Origin: Mobula hypostoma
Lineage: Eukaryota
Assembly: GCF_963921235.1 (NCBI RefSeq)
Contig: NC_086108.1
Location: 5,766,001-5,830,000 of the forward strand
Length of the DNA: 64,000 bases
Direction: 5' to 3'
Position numbers and translations under genes: made by a program. The notes below the pieces were generated by a model. That model saw nothing but the letters and a program-made list of their open reading frames with translations. It was not told the DNA's origin and did not search any database. Positions 25,761-37,755 of this stretch are shown in pieces (position 1 is the stretch's first letter; every line of letters begins with the position of its first letter).

Positions 25761-25817
25761 AACAAGGAGTCAAACTTCAAGCAAACACAAGAACCATGTC
25801 TCGCAACAAAGGTAAAG
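25761..25817 (+). CDS. smoc1: SMOC linker exon (exon 6 equivalent); two possible donors (25811 or 25817)
   Basis: Long pyrimidine tract then ctgatcccag|AA; EQGVKLQANTRTMSRNK(GK); phase 1-1, 51 or 57 bp. Position and size fit; sequence similarity is weak. Confidence 0.7.
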
Positions 25818-27543
25818 GTACATATCCCTCATTGGTATGTTCTAATTACCTACACTACCTAGTAACTATTTTATACTATTGACTTAACGAATAAAAAGAT
25901 TGTAGCCAAGAGTGACTAGGGAACGGGATTGAAGTGATCATTATTGGATCTCTGTTTATTTTCTGATCTTTAGGGTACTTCTGGGAGTTAGGAATAATGA
26001 GCAGACTTAATTCCAATATTTCTGTTTCTTTTAGAATGTAAACAAACATACAAATACTAAGCAAATGAAATAAGGATCTGAGAAACAATGCTGAGAGGTG
26101 CATGGATGCGTAGACAAAGAAGCCAAGGTGGAACCCCTGAAAAATCCATCACTTTTATAGATAAGAGAAGGGAAGTTCCTTCTATAGGTGCAAACTAGTT
26201 AACAGGCAACATAATGAAAACAATTACATCACATGGTAATGTGCTAATGAAAAATAAGAAAGGTGATAAACCGTTAGTTTAGCTGCTATACCGCTTTCTG
26301 CCAGTGAGTGGGGATGAACCATTGCATACTTGGAAAAATGCATGAGTTTGTCAAAAAGCACAAATCTTATAACTTAAAAAAAGTGTTTTCCAACATCGTC
26401 AAGTGTAATGTAAGAGAAGATGAGGAGGAGATCTGAGAGAGACTTGGACCATGTTCCACATATCCACAAAAGGCCAAACATAACTAGGCTACCACACACT
26501 CAAAATGCTAGCGGATCCCTGTAGATCAGGCAGCATCCATGGAGAGGAACAAACAGTCGATGTTTTGGGCTGAGACCCTTCATCAGGACTAGAAAGGAAG
26601 GGTGAAGAAGCCAGAATAAGAAGGGGCACAAGGGTCTCAGCCTGAAGCATCAATTGTTTATTCTGCTTCATAGGTGCTGCCTGATCTGCTAAGTTCCTCC
26701 AGCATTTTGTGTGTGATGCTCTGGATTTGCAATTTCTGCAGCATCTCTTGTGTTTTGGGTTCTTTGTAAGTAATACTCCTTTGTCACTTCCTCAGAGAGG
26801 GCAGTTAACTTCTGACTTGTGGTGGCTCAGCTAAGATTATGAATTTCAAGAAGGCAGGAGGCTTGAAGGAGGAGAAATTCAGCCCTGGGACCTGTATATG
26901 TTGTATAATCGTCACCCTTAAAATAACTGGGTTTGAAAATCTCCTGGGAATTTATGCTTCTGAAAGAGAAGGAGAATATTGTTTCAGGCAGTAAATCAAG
27001 TTTAATCAGTGAGTCTTTGTTGACACAGTTTAATTGAAAGGACTGATCTAAAGGTACCATGTAACTCAGTTGATCAAGACATGCAATCCAACAGAAAAGG
27101 TCCAGTTCCAAATCCTTCCAACTTTTGTTTGGATTTTTCCCAAACAGCTGAGACAGTGGATAATCTCAAACAGAAGTCTGGTGATGAGAAGCATAAAGAT
27201 GTACTTCTGGTCTCTAAAAATCCAGGTGAAGTATCTGTGGTTTCTCCGTCAGTGCACTAATATGTACAAGTTCGAAGTTCAAAGTAGATTTATTATTGAA
27301 GTACGTATATGTCACCACATACAGCTCTGCGATTCATTTTCTTGCAGGCACACTCAATAAATCCATTATAGAAGAATAACCATAAAATAATCAATGAAAG
27401 ACAGCACCAACTTGGGTGTTTAACCAGTGTGCAAAAGACAACAAACTGCGCAAATACAAAAAGAAAGAATTAAGTGATTGCTATGCCTTAAGACAAAAGA
27501 CCATAAGACTTACAGTTCTGTGCAAAAGTCTTAGGCACATATA

Positions 27544-29788
27544 CAGTGCCTATAAAAAATATTCACACCCTCTCCCCACCTTGGAAGTTTCCGTGTTTTA
27601 TTGTTAAACAACATTGAATCACAGTGGATTTAATTTGGCTTTTTTAACACTTGATTAACAGAAAAGGCTCCATAATGTCAAAGTGAAAACAAATTTCCAC
27701 AAATTGGTCTAAATTTATTACAATTATTATACACAAAATAATTGATTGCATAAGTATTCACCCCCTTCAAGTCAGTATTCAGTAGATGCACCTTTGGCAG
27801 CAATTGCAGCCTTGAGTCTGTAGGTCTCCATCAGCTTTGCACAACTGGACACTGCAATTTTTCCTCATTCTTCGTTTCAAAGCTGCTCAAGCTCTGTCAG
27901 ATTGCATGGGGATCGTGAGTGAACAGCCCTTTTCAATTCCAGACACAAATTCTCAATTGGATTGAGATCTGGACTCTGACTTGGTCACTCCAGGTCATTA
28001 ACAGTTGTTTTTAAGCCATTCCTGTGTAGCTTTGGCTTTATGCTTGGAGTAACTGTCTTGCTGGAAAACAAATCTTCTTCCAAGTTAGAGTTCTCTTGCA
28101 TCATGTTTTCCTCCAGGATTTCCCTGTATTTCACTGTAATCACTTTACCCTCTACCTTCACAAGCCTTTGGCCAGCTGCAGTGAAGCATCCCCACAGCAT
28201 GATGCAGCCACCATCGTGCTTCATGGTAGGGATGGTGTGTTTTGATGATGTGACGTGTTTGGTTTACGCCAAACATGGCGCTTAGTCTGCTGAGCAAAAG
28301 AGTCAATTTTATGATTATGAGGACACGCAGCCTCCTTTTATTGTCATTTAGTAATGCATGCATTAATAAATGATAAAAATGTTTTTCCAGAATGATATCA
28401 CGAAAACACATGACAAACCGACTTAAAAACTAACAAAAACCACATAATTATAACATATAGTTACAACAGTGCAAAGCAATACCGTAATTTGATAAGAACA
28501 GACCATGGCACAGTAAAAGTCTCAGAGTCTCTCGAAAGTCCCATCATCTCACACAGACGGTGAACCTCCAGCTCCGCCAACTTGCCGATGCAGCATCCTG
28601 GAAGCATCCGACCACAGTCCGACTCCGAGTCAGTCCGAAAAACTCCGAGCCTCCAACCACCTATTCGACACTGAGCACCGAGCACCATCTCTGCCGAGCG
28701 CTTCAACCCCGGCCCCGGCAACAGGCAATAGGCAAAGCCGAGGATTTGGGGCCTTCGTCTCTGGAGATTCTCGACCACACAGTAGCAGCGGCAGCGAAGC
28801 GGGCATTTCAGAAGTCACTCCAGATGTTCCTCTGTACTCTCACGGCTGTCTGCCTCAAATCTGGATTGTGCACGGCTCCCCTAGTTACACATATCGATAT
28901 TCATTTGGAACGGCCGCCCGCGCTGCGTCACGCCGCCATCTTCTCCTCCCTCCTGGTTTTTGGTTTCAGCAGGCCATAGAACCTTCTTCCAGTTGACTTT
29001 GGATCCTCCCCACATGCCTTCTGGCAAACTCTAGCCAAGATTTCATGGGAGTTTTTTTCAATATTGGCTTTCCCTTTGCCACTCTCCCATAAAACTGCAA
29101 CTCGTGAAGCACCCGGGCAACAGTTGTTGTATGTGTAGTCTCTCCCATCTCAGCCACTGAGGCTTGTAACTCCTCCAGAGTTGTCATGGGTCTCTTGGTG
29201 GCCTCCCTCACTAGTCCCCTTCTTGCACGGCCACTCAGTTTTTGAGGATGGCCTGCTCTAGCTGTGCCATTCTTGATGATTGATTTAACTGTACTCCAAA
29301 GGACATTCAGCCACTTGGAAATTTTCTTGTATCCATCTTCTGACTTGTGCTTTTCAATAACCTTTTAGCAAAGTTGCTTGGAGTGTTCTTTTGTCTTCAT
29401 GGTGTAGTTTTTGCCAGGATACTGACTCACCAGCAGTTGGACCCTCCAGATACAGGTGTATTTTTACTGCGATCAGTTGAAACACCTTGACTGCACATGG
29501 ATCTCCAATTAACTAATTATGTGACTTCTAAAAGCAATTGGCTGCACCAGTGATGATTTGGTGTGTCATATTAAATGGGGTGAATACTTAAGCAATCAAT
29601 TATTTTGTGTTTTTTATTTGTAATTTATTTAGATCACTTTGTAGAGATCTGTTTTCACTTTAACACAAAATAATCTTTTCCTGTTGATCAGTGTCAAAAA
29701 AGCCAAATTAAATCCACTGTGATTCAATGTTGTAAAACAATAAAACGTGAAAACCTCACATGCATGTGAATACCTTTTATAGGTACTG
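27544..29788 (-). mobile_element. Tc1-family DNA transposon (long IR/DR-type TIRs), decayed, with internal deletion and insertion
   Basis: TA|CAGTGCCTATAAAA ... TTTTATAGGTACTG|TG; about 220-bp TIRs with inner repeat TAAGTATTCACCCC; transposase remnants EATKRPMTTLEELQ...GRVAKGKP and KHDGGCIMLWGCF. Confidence 0.9.
28311..28953 (-). mobile_element. Non-autonomous retroelement with (TCTAA)n-type tail; copy inside Tc1
   Basis: Highly similar copies at about 54395-55100, 56441-56980 and 32741-32814; 5' end GGAGAAGATGGCGGCG; no recognisable coding domain. Confidence 0.75.
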
Positions 29789-30265
29789 TGTGTAGGGTGG
29801 GTGTATAAGATTTTTGCACAGTACCGTATTTGTCAACGTGGAGTGCAAAGTGAGTGTGTAGATCTGGTGGGAGAAAAGGATGTTGTGAATGGCAATGGTA
29901 GAGCACTGCAGGAGTGGTGTGGGACAGGTGGCGGAGAAAGATTGTCAGAGGTGGCAGGTGGTACAGTTGTGGACATACCAAAACCTCAAACACCAGGTAA
30001 GGTCATTTGATTACAAGCAATTGGTTTATTGATCACTGCAGAATGTCTCTCTGGTGCTTCCCACCTCCTCCCATCTCCCTTCCCCTTTTCCCAACCATGA
30101 ATCTCCTCTCCCTGCCCCCTTCCCACTCTCAGTTCACAATAGAGACCCAGATCAGACCCAGGTTTATCATCACTCACAGACGTCATGATTTTTTTGCCAC
30201 AGCAATGCAGTGCAATACATAAACTTACTACAGTATGGTACAGAGGTCTTAGGCACCCTAGCGCA

Positions 30266-30382
30266 CTCTCTCTCTCTCTCTCTCTCTCTCCCCCTCTCTC
30301 TCTCTCTCTCTCCCTCCCTCCCTCCCTCCCTCCCTCTCTCCCCTCTCTCTTATATATATATATACTTTTATATATATATATT
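30266..30382. repeat. Compound (CT)n/(CCCT)n/(AT)n microsatellite
   Basis: Direct reading. Confidence 0.9.
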
Positions 30383-30867
30383 TATTATACTTCTCAACCC
30401 TATTTTCCTACCTTCTCCCTGTAACCTTTGACACCCTTAACAATCAAGAACCTATCAACCTCTGCTTTAAATCTACCCAAAGGCTTATTCTCCACAGCTG
30501 TCCGTGGCGATGGATTCCACAGATTCACCACTCTCTGGCTGAAGAAATTCCTCCTAATCCTTTGTATATCTGGTCTTTGTATGCTGGAGGAACTCAGTGG
30601 GTCAGGCACTGAGGAAAATGAACAGTCGTTATTTTTTGGGTTGAGAGGGAAAATAAATCTGCTATAAATCGACTGGCAGAGGTAACATGGTGCACCGAAT
30701 TGCCTAATTCGACTCCAATGTCCTATAGTCCATTTACGTTAATTTTGAAACTAGTTCATCTGAGAAGAGGAGAACAGATGAGAACTCCGATTTACATGGA
30801 ATGGGTGTGAAAAAGAGCAAGGAGCATAAAACCCTCACATGTTTAATATTTTGCATTTGTCTTGTAG

Positions 30868-30936
30868 AGCTGTCGTACCCAGCCCCGTGGTTCCTATTCA
30901 TCAGAGATGCCAAGTCAAACCGCAGCTCGAAGCTCG
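30868..30936 (+). CDS. smoc1: SMOC linker exon (exon 7 equivalent)
   Basis: gtcttgtag|AG...CTCG|gtaagt (consensus donor); 69 bp, phase 1-1; ELSYPAPWFLFIRDAKSNRSSKL resembles the P-x-x-W...I-K-D-x-K linker of SMOC1/2. Confidence 0.82.
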
Positions 30937-31660
30937 GTAAGTAGGAGCGACTCCATTCGATACAAACCACCATTAACATCACTGGGCAACAAATTCTTCC
31001 TAAAGTCTTGCTTCCTTAGAAATAGACCACTTGAAGCTAAACACAAGTATAATTTCAGACTACTTGTATCACGGAGGAATTTGGAGAAACAAGAAATTAA
31101 CGTTTATTGAATATAATGCATTTAATTGTATAATGGAATTGACACTTTGCAATAGTTCAACTAAGTTAGAAATGTTTTGTTGATGATTCTCATTTGTACT
31201 CAGTGTCTGAGGCTTCTCCCTAAGTGTGCAACAATAATCAGCCAGCACTGATGGATTCCAGTTGCCAAAATCCTGTTTCTCCGTAATCATAATGTCCTGG
31301 TGAAACCCTTCACCGTGCTCATCACTGACAGTGCCAAGATTTGCAAGGAAAAAGACTAAGTGGAAATACAGAAAATGAATCTTTAGTGATATGTTGTACT
31401 TAGTGGTTTTGTATATTTGAAGCATTTGCCAACCAGCTGCATGTAGTTTGGTTCTCTGTAGTTGTCAAGAAAATTTTCATCTTCATCCTTGAATGTCTTC
31501 CATGTGATTTTCTCCAGTCCCACTATAAGTTCTTTGAATTGCTTGTCTTTGATGACCTGTTTGATTTATGGATGAACAAAAATACCTTCCTTAATCTTGG
31601 TATCAGCTATTATGAATTGAAATAACAAATATATGCGATTTTAAAAAATAGTGACTGATC

Positions 31661-33310
31661 TTTCCAATATTTTTATGATTACTTTTACATAAAACAATAC
31701 AGAGAAAAAAATATATCAATACATTATACTAAGTTGCATATAAAGACTCCTTACCCTATATTCATACAGATTAATTAAGTTGTAACATTGAAATAGAGTA
31801 ATTTTATTGTATAAAAAAATCTAACCCACTACCAAGACCGAAGCTGATTAGTAAAGAAGAAAAGGGAAAAAAATTATTAGTCATCATCTGTGCTTTACCA
31901 GTAAATCAAAGGTTTTGAAAATAATTCAAAAAAGGTCCCCACGATGTTTGAAAGTCTTGGCTAGATTCAGAGATTGAACATCGAAACTTCTCTAAATTTA
32001 AACATGATATCACATCACGTAAACATTGAGCATTGATAGGAGGGGCCGCATCTTTCCATTTAAGCAAGAGCGTCCTTCTGGCCATAAGAGAAATAAACAC
32101 CAATGTGCAAGTCAGGTGACTCCAAAATAATATCCTTTCCTCCAACAATACCAAATAAAGCGGTGAAAGGATTAGGCTTAAAGTTTACTTTGAAAAGTAT
32201 CGAGAAAATTTGAAATACTTCTTTCCAATATTTTCCAAGACTCGGGCATGTCCAAAACATGTGAATGAGTGAAGCTTCTCCATTATTATATTTATCACAA
32301 TATGGAGATATATCTAAATAAAAACAAGACAACTTATCCTTGGTCATATGGGCCCTATGGACCTCTTTAAAATGTAGGAGAGAGTGGCGGGCACATAATG
32401 ATGAAGTGTTAACCAATTTAAAAATTTGATTCCAAGTTTCCTCAGAAGTTGAAGTCTGTAAATCTTGTTCCCAAAGATTTTTAATTTTATCTAAAGGAAC
32501 ACTTCTCATTCCCAACAGCATATTATAAATATTAGATATAGATCCATTATAAAAAGGTTTCTAATTAAAAATTACATCTAGTAGATTCTTATCAGGACTT
32601 TTAGGAAATGTACTTATTTGAGACCGTAAAAAATCTCTTATTTGTAGGTATCGAAAAAAATGAGTTTTGGGTGAACTATATTTAGTTGACAGTTGTTCAA
32701 ACGAAAAGAGACTTCCCTCTACAAACAAGTCCTGAAAGCAACATTGTATCATTTCTTATTGCATGTATTACTAAATGACAATAAAAGAGGACTGTGTGTC
32801 CTCATAATCTAATCTAATACCTAATTTATATATCTTTTTCAGGAATTGCCTGTTTTTATTCCTAAATCTTTTTTTGATTCTCTTGACTCTATTATATCTT
32901 CTAATATATGGAAGAATAAGCATTCTAGATTAAATAAAATTCATCTTCAGAAAGATAAAAAGAATGGAGGATTAGCCTTACCAAACTTCAAATTTTATTA
33001 CTGGGCAGTTAATATAAGAAATCTTACATTTTGGTTATATTACATCAATCGCAAGGATTGCCCGATGTGGGATTTTTTTTAGATGCTAACTCTGTTAATA
33101 AATTTTCTATTATTTCTCTTCTTGGATCTTCACTTCCTTTGTCTCTGAGTAAGTTAACTGATAATCTGGTAGTCAAACACACTATGAGAATTTGGATACA
33201 ATTGCGAAAATGCTTTGGCTTATTGAGATTTTCTCTTTCGAGTCCCATTTTTTCTAATTATTTTTTAAACCCCCTATGATTGATGTGGCTTTTAAAGAAT
33301 GGGATAGATT
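31661..33310 (-). mobile_element. L1/Tx1-clade LINE, 5'-truncated and 5'-inverted, with 15-bp TSD
   Basis: Minus part CFQDLF...SFEQL...CARHSLLHFK...LIHMFWTCP (C-terminal zinc knuckle); plus part FIPKSFF...GGLALPNFKFYYWA; TSD AAATAGTGACTGATC at 31646-31660 and 33311-33325. Confidence 0.9.
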
Positions 33311-34194
33311 AAATAGTGACTGATCAAGAAACTTCATCGTGACTTTCATGATCAGCAGCCCAAAATCCATAAGATACACCCTAAAGTATTCAGGAAGCAA
33401 AATCTTTGTTGTCCAGTGTTATGTGCTAGAATGGTTGATGGTTGGAAGTGATCCTATTGAATGGGACCATGTGGCTGCTTTTTCCAGTGCTGTGCAGTGG
33501 CCCCTCCATTTCAATGATGATGCAACCAGTTAGAATGCTCTTCACAGTGCTTTTGCAAAAGCTTTTGAGTGTTTTACTTGACAAACCAAATCTCCTTAAA
33601 TATAGATGCTGTCATGCCTTCTTTCTAATTCCATCCATATGCATGTCGCCTTTTTGAGGCATCGTCCAGATCCCATGATATGAAATATATTAACAACCTT
33701 TTGAAGATCTCGAAAGTGAAGAGGACAGTGCCTAGGATGAAGCTGGCTGAACTTAACAACTTCCTGCCGCTATTTCTGATCCGTAGCTAGATGCTCTGTT
33801 TTTTCTTAACTGTGTTCTGATCCTTGCCTGGAAATGAATGAGTTAACATTTGGTGGGGCTATTAAGTTGAGGTTGGTATTTCCCAAGTGATCGATGCACC
33901 AGACTCAGGTTCCCTGTCGCTTATTATCTGATTCCTTTGTGACATTGTCAAACTGACATCCATGAACACATGTCCCTGAAAATAAAGTTACCTCCTAGTT
34001 TAAGGCATCTTGTAAGTTAGCTTGTTGGCAAATGAGAACCTTCTGAAGCAGTTGTCATCATTATCACCATCATTATGTGCCATGTCATGTGACATGCAAA
34101 AAAAAGGCAAGTTATGCATATAGTTAAAAAAAAGTTTGAAAAGGTGAGTTGTAGAGTTCCTGAAAGTGAGTCTATAGGTTATTGAATCAGATTA

Positions 34195-35235
34195 GTGGTG
34201 AGTGAAACTATCCACACTGGTTCAGGAGCCTGATGGTTGTGGGGTAATAACTGTTCCTGAACCTGCTGGTGTGGGACCTGAGGCTCATTGTGGTGAGTGA
34301 AGTTATCCACACTGGTTCAGGAGCCTGATGGTTGTGGGGTAATAACTGTTCCTGAACCTGGTGGTGTGGGACCTGAGGCTCATTGTGGTGAGTGAAGTTA
34401 TCCACACTGGTTCAGTAGCCTGATAGTTGTGGGGTAACAACTGTTCCTGAACCTGGTGGTGTGGGACCTGAGGCTCATTGTGGTGAGTGAAGTTATCCAC
34501 ACTGGTTCAGGAGCCTGATGGTTGTGGGGTAATAACTGTTCCTGAACCTGGTGGTGTGGGACCTGAGGCTCATTGTGGTGAGTGAAGTTATCCACACTGG
34601 TTCAGGAGTCTGATGGTTGTGGGGTAATAACTGTTCCTGAACCTGGTGGTGTGGAACCTGAGGCTAATTGTGGTGAGTGAAGTTATCCACACTGGTTCAG
34701 GAGCCTGATGGTTGAGGGGTAATAACTGTTCCTGAACCTGGTGGTGTGGGACCTGAGGCTCATTGTGGTGAGTGAAGTTATCCACACTGGTTCAGGAGCC
34801 TGATGGTTGTGGGGTAATAACTGTTCCTGAACCTGGTGGTGTGGGACCTGAGGCTCATTGTGGTGAGTGAAGTTATCCACACTGGTTCAGGAGCCTGATG
34901 GTTGTGGGGTAATAACTGTTCCTGAACCTGGTGGTGTGGGACCTGAGGCTCATTGTGGTGAGTGAAGTTATCCACACTGGTTCAGGAGTCTGATGGTTGT
35001 GGGGTAATAACTGTTCCTGAACCTGGTGGTGTGGAACCTGAGGCTAATTGTGGTGAGTGAAGTTATCCACACTGGTTCAGGAGCCTGATGGTTGAGGGGT
35101 AATAACTGTTCCTGAACCTGGTGGTGTGGGACCTGAGGCTCATTGTGGTGAGTGAAGTTATCCACACTGGTTCAGGAGCCTGATGGTTGTGAGGTAATAA
35201 CTGTTCCTGAACCTGGTGGTGTGGGACCTGAGGCT
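34195..35235 (-). repeat. 95-bp tandem array, about 11 units, LINE-3'-end derived, with 380-bp higher-order repeat
   Basis: 95-bp period seen directly and in the repeated ORFs; diagnostic variants recur at 34601/34981 and 34711/35091. Confidence 0.95.
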
Positions 35236-35989
35236 TCTGTACCACCTGCCTGATGATAGTAGTGAGAAAAGAGCATGGACTGGATGGTAGTAGCTCTTGA
35301 TGGAAGCTGCTTTCTCGTGGGCAATCTGACTCTTTGGTTGTAGTCATTATAATGTGCTGTGTCGTACGATGTGGGCAATCATGGTCTTGACTGTGATTGT
35401 TCTTGGCAACATTTTCTACAGAAGTGGTTTGCCATTGCCTTCCTCTGGGAACTGTCTATACAAGATAGGTGACCCCAGCCATTATCAATACCCTTCAGAG
35501 ATTGTTTGCCTGGCATCAGTGGTCACGTAACCAGGACTTGGTGATATCTACCAGCTGCTCACATGACCATCCACCATCTGCTCCCATGGCCTCACGTAAC
35601 CTTGATCTGGGGGTGGGGGGGGGGCTAAGCAATTGCTGCACCTTGCCCAAGGGTGACCTGCAGGCCAGTGGAGGGAAGGAGCGTCGTTTTACCACCCCAC
35701 CACCTCTTGAAAACAGTGGACACAAGCAATTACAGATGCTGACATCTGGAGCATCAGCTGGAGGAACTTGCAGTTTAGGAGGAGTCTGTGGGAGGGGTGA
35801 AGGAGTAAGAATTGTCACTATTTTGGATTGAGACCCTGCAAGGCTTTAAGCCAGAACGTTGACTTCTGAGCCCCCTCCCCGCAAGTACATCGATTTTCCC
35901 TACCCCTGCAGATGCTGCTCAACCTGCTAAGTTCCTCCAATAGATTACTTGCTGCTTTCAGAAGAGGTTTCAGCCCGAGGGACGAGCGG

Positions 35990-36752
35990 ATGACGGGTAC
36001 GCTCCAGTCTACATTAACGGAGACATAGTGGAGAGAGTGTCCCATTTCAGGTTTCTGGGAATACACATCTCAGAAGACCTTACATGGTCCACTAACACCA
36101 CAACAATAGTTACGAAAGCACAGCAACGCTTGTTTTTCCTCAGGACGCTGAAGAAAGCTGGTCTACCTGAACAAATGCTGGTGACCTTTTACCGCTGCAC
36201 CATAGAGAGCATCTTAACATACTGCATCTCTGTGTGGTATCTCAGTTGTACAGCAGCTGATAGGAAAGCACTTCAGCGGGTCGTCTCTAGCGCACAGAAG
36301 ATCATTGGGATACAGCTCCCAGCCCTGGAGGACACCTACAGCTCTCGCTGCCTAAGGAAAGCTACAAGCATCTGTAAGGACAATACACACCCATGCAATC
36401 GTCTGTTTGAACTTCTTCCATCTGGCAGACGTTATAAGATTTTCTATGCCCGCACTCCCAGACTGAAAAATAGCTTTTTTCCCGGAGCTATAATTGCACT
36501 GAACCAATAGATTAAGTATCATCCGTAAATTTGTTATATTGCTACTTTAATAGTGGTTTTATGGCCGTTATGCATCTGAGTTTCGCTTTTGTACTGCTGG
36601 ACAGTGCTTGTACTGGCTGGTTACTTGATTTTATTTATTTTATTTGTTGTTTTATAGGATTGAGTACGAGAGTTGTAAACTCATTTTCGCTGTATTGGTG
36701 CATGACAAGTTGTGCTATGCAATGACAATAAAGATATTTCATTTCATTTCAT
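35990..36752 (+). mobile_element. Rex/Babar-type LINE 3' fragment with (ATTTC)n tail
   Basis: ORF 36028-36510 FRFLGIHISEDLTWS...KAQQRLFFLR...FYRCTIESILTYCISVWY...LLPSGRRY. Confidence 0.88.
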
Positions 36753-36797
36753 TAATGCCGGATGGCCCTTTTCATGTATTTTCCGTCCCGTTGTTAG

Positions 36798-36990
36798 ACC
36801 AGCCAGTGTCTTGTGAGCAGGAGCGCCGAGCTGCCATTGAAGAGGCTAAGCTGCATCAGTACGAGGGAGCCTTCGTCCCACAGTGCAGCGCTGGTGGTCG
36901 CTACAAGCAGGTGCAGTGCCACCAGGCCACTGGGTACTGCTGGTGTGTTCAAGTCGATTCAGGCCACCCGATCCAAGGCACAACAGCCCG
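36798..36990 (+). CDS. smoc1: SMOC exon (exon 8 equivalent): thyroglobulin type-1 domain 2
   Basis: ttgttag|AC...GCCCG|gtgagt; 193 bp, phase 1 to 2; SCEQERRAAIEEA...VPQCSAGGRYKQVQCHQATGYCWCVQVDSGHPIQGTTA. Confidence 0.95.
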
Positions 36991-37247
36991 GTGAGTCGGA
37001 GTCATCAAGCACAGAAGCAGGCCCTTTGGCCCGTCTCGTCCATGCTGAACTAGTTCCATCACCCTTCACCTGGACCATACCCCTCCAACTCCTCCCATAC
37101 ACGTACTTACCCAAATTTCTCTTCAAAGTTGAAATCAAACCCACATCTACCACTTTCACAGGCAGCTCGTTCCGCACTCTCACCTCCCTCTGAGTGAAAA
37201 AGATCTCTCTCAAGTTCCCTTTAAATATTTCACCTTTCACCCTAAAC

Positions 37248-37315
37248 CAGGGGTCCATGGACCGCTTGGTTAATGCTAGAGGTCCGAGGCATAAGAAAAA
37301 ATTTAAGAACTCCTC
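37248..37315. mobile_element. Short hAT-type MITE inside a CR1 remnant
   Basis: CAGGGG start; TSD CCCTAAAC / TCCTAAAC; same family at 46078-47211 and near 63485. Confidence 0.7.
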
Positions 37316-37489
37316 TCCTAAACCTTTGACCTCTGGTTCTAGACTTACCCAATCTCAGTGGAGAAAGCCTGCTTTCATTTGCTCTATCTGTAGCCCTCAT
37401 AATTTTGTATACGTCTATTAAATCAAATCTCCCCTTAGTCTCCTATGCTCCAGGGAATGAAGTTCTAACCTACTCAACTTTTCCCTATA

Positions 37490-37755
37490 TTGGGGCAGCA
37501 CAGTGGTGTATTGATAGCACAACACCTTTTCGTACCAGCAGCCCCTGTTCAATTGCTGCAGCTGCCTGCAAGGAGTCTGTACCTTCTCCCCGTGACCGTG
37601 TGGGTTTCCTCTGGGTGCTCCGGTTTCCTCCCACAGTCCAAAGATATACTAGTTGGTAGGCTAGTTGGTCATTGGAAATAGTCCCATGATTAGACCAGGA
37701 TTAAATCAGGGATTGAAGAGCTGGAAGGGCCTATTCCACACTGTCTCAATAAATA
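37490..37755 (+). mobile_element. tRNA-derived SINE (representative; further copies near 38000, 45300, 46575, 47550, 52490, 55810)
   Basis: Shared core GTTCTCCCCGTGACCGCGTGGGTTTCCTCCGGGTGCTCCGGTTTCCTCCCACAGTCCAAAGA and (TAAA)n tail. Confidence 0.8.

Noticed and set aside
26555..26590. Functional hammerheads at 26555, 41032, 53253 and about 57325
   Set aside because: The GAAA core and/or the ACGU palindrome and cleavage triplet are mutated.
34195..35235. CRISPR-like array or repeated 65-aa peptide genes
   Set aside because: Head-to-tail units have no unique spacers and there are no cas genes; the ORFs are a by-product of the 95-bp period of LINE-derived sequence.
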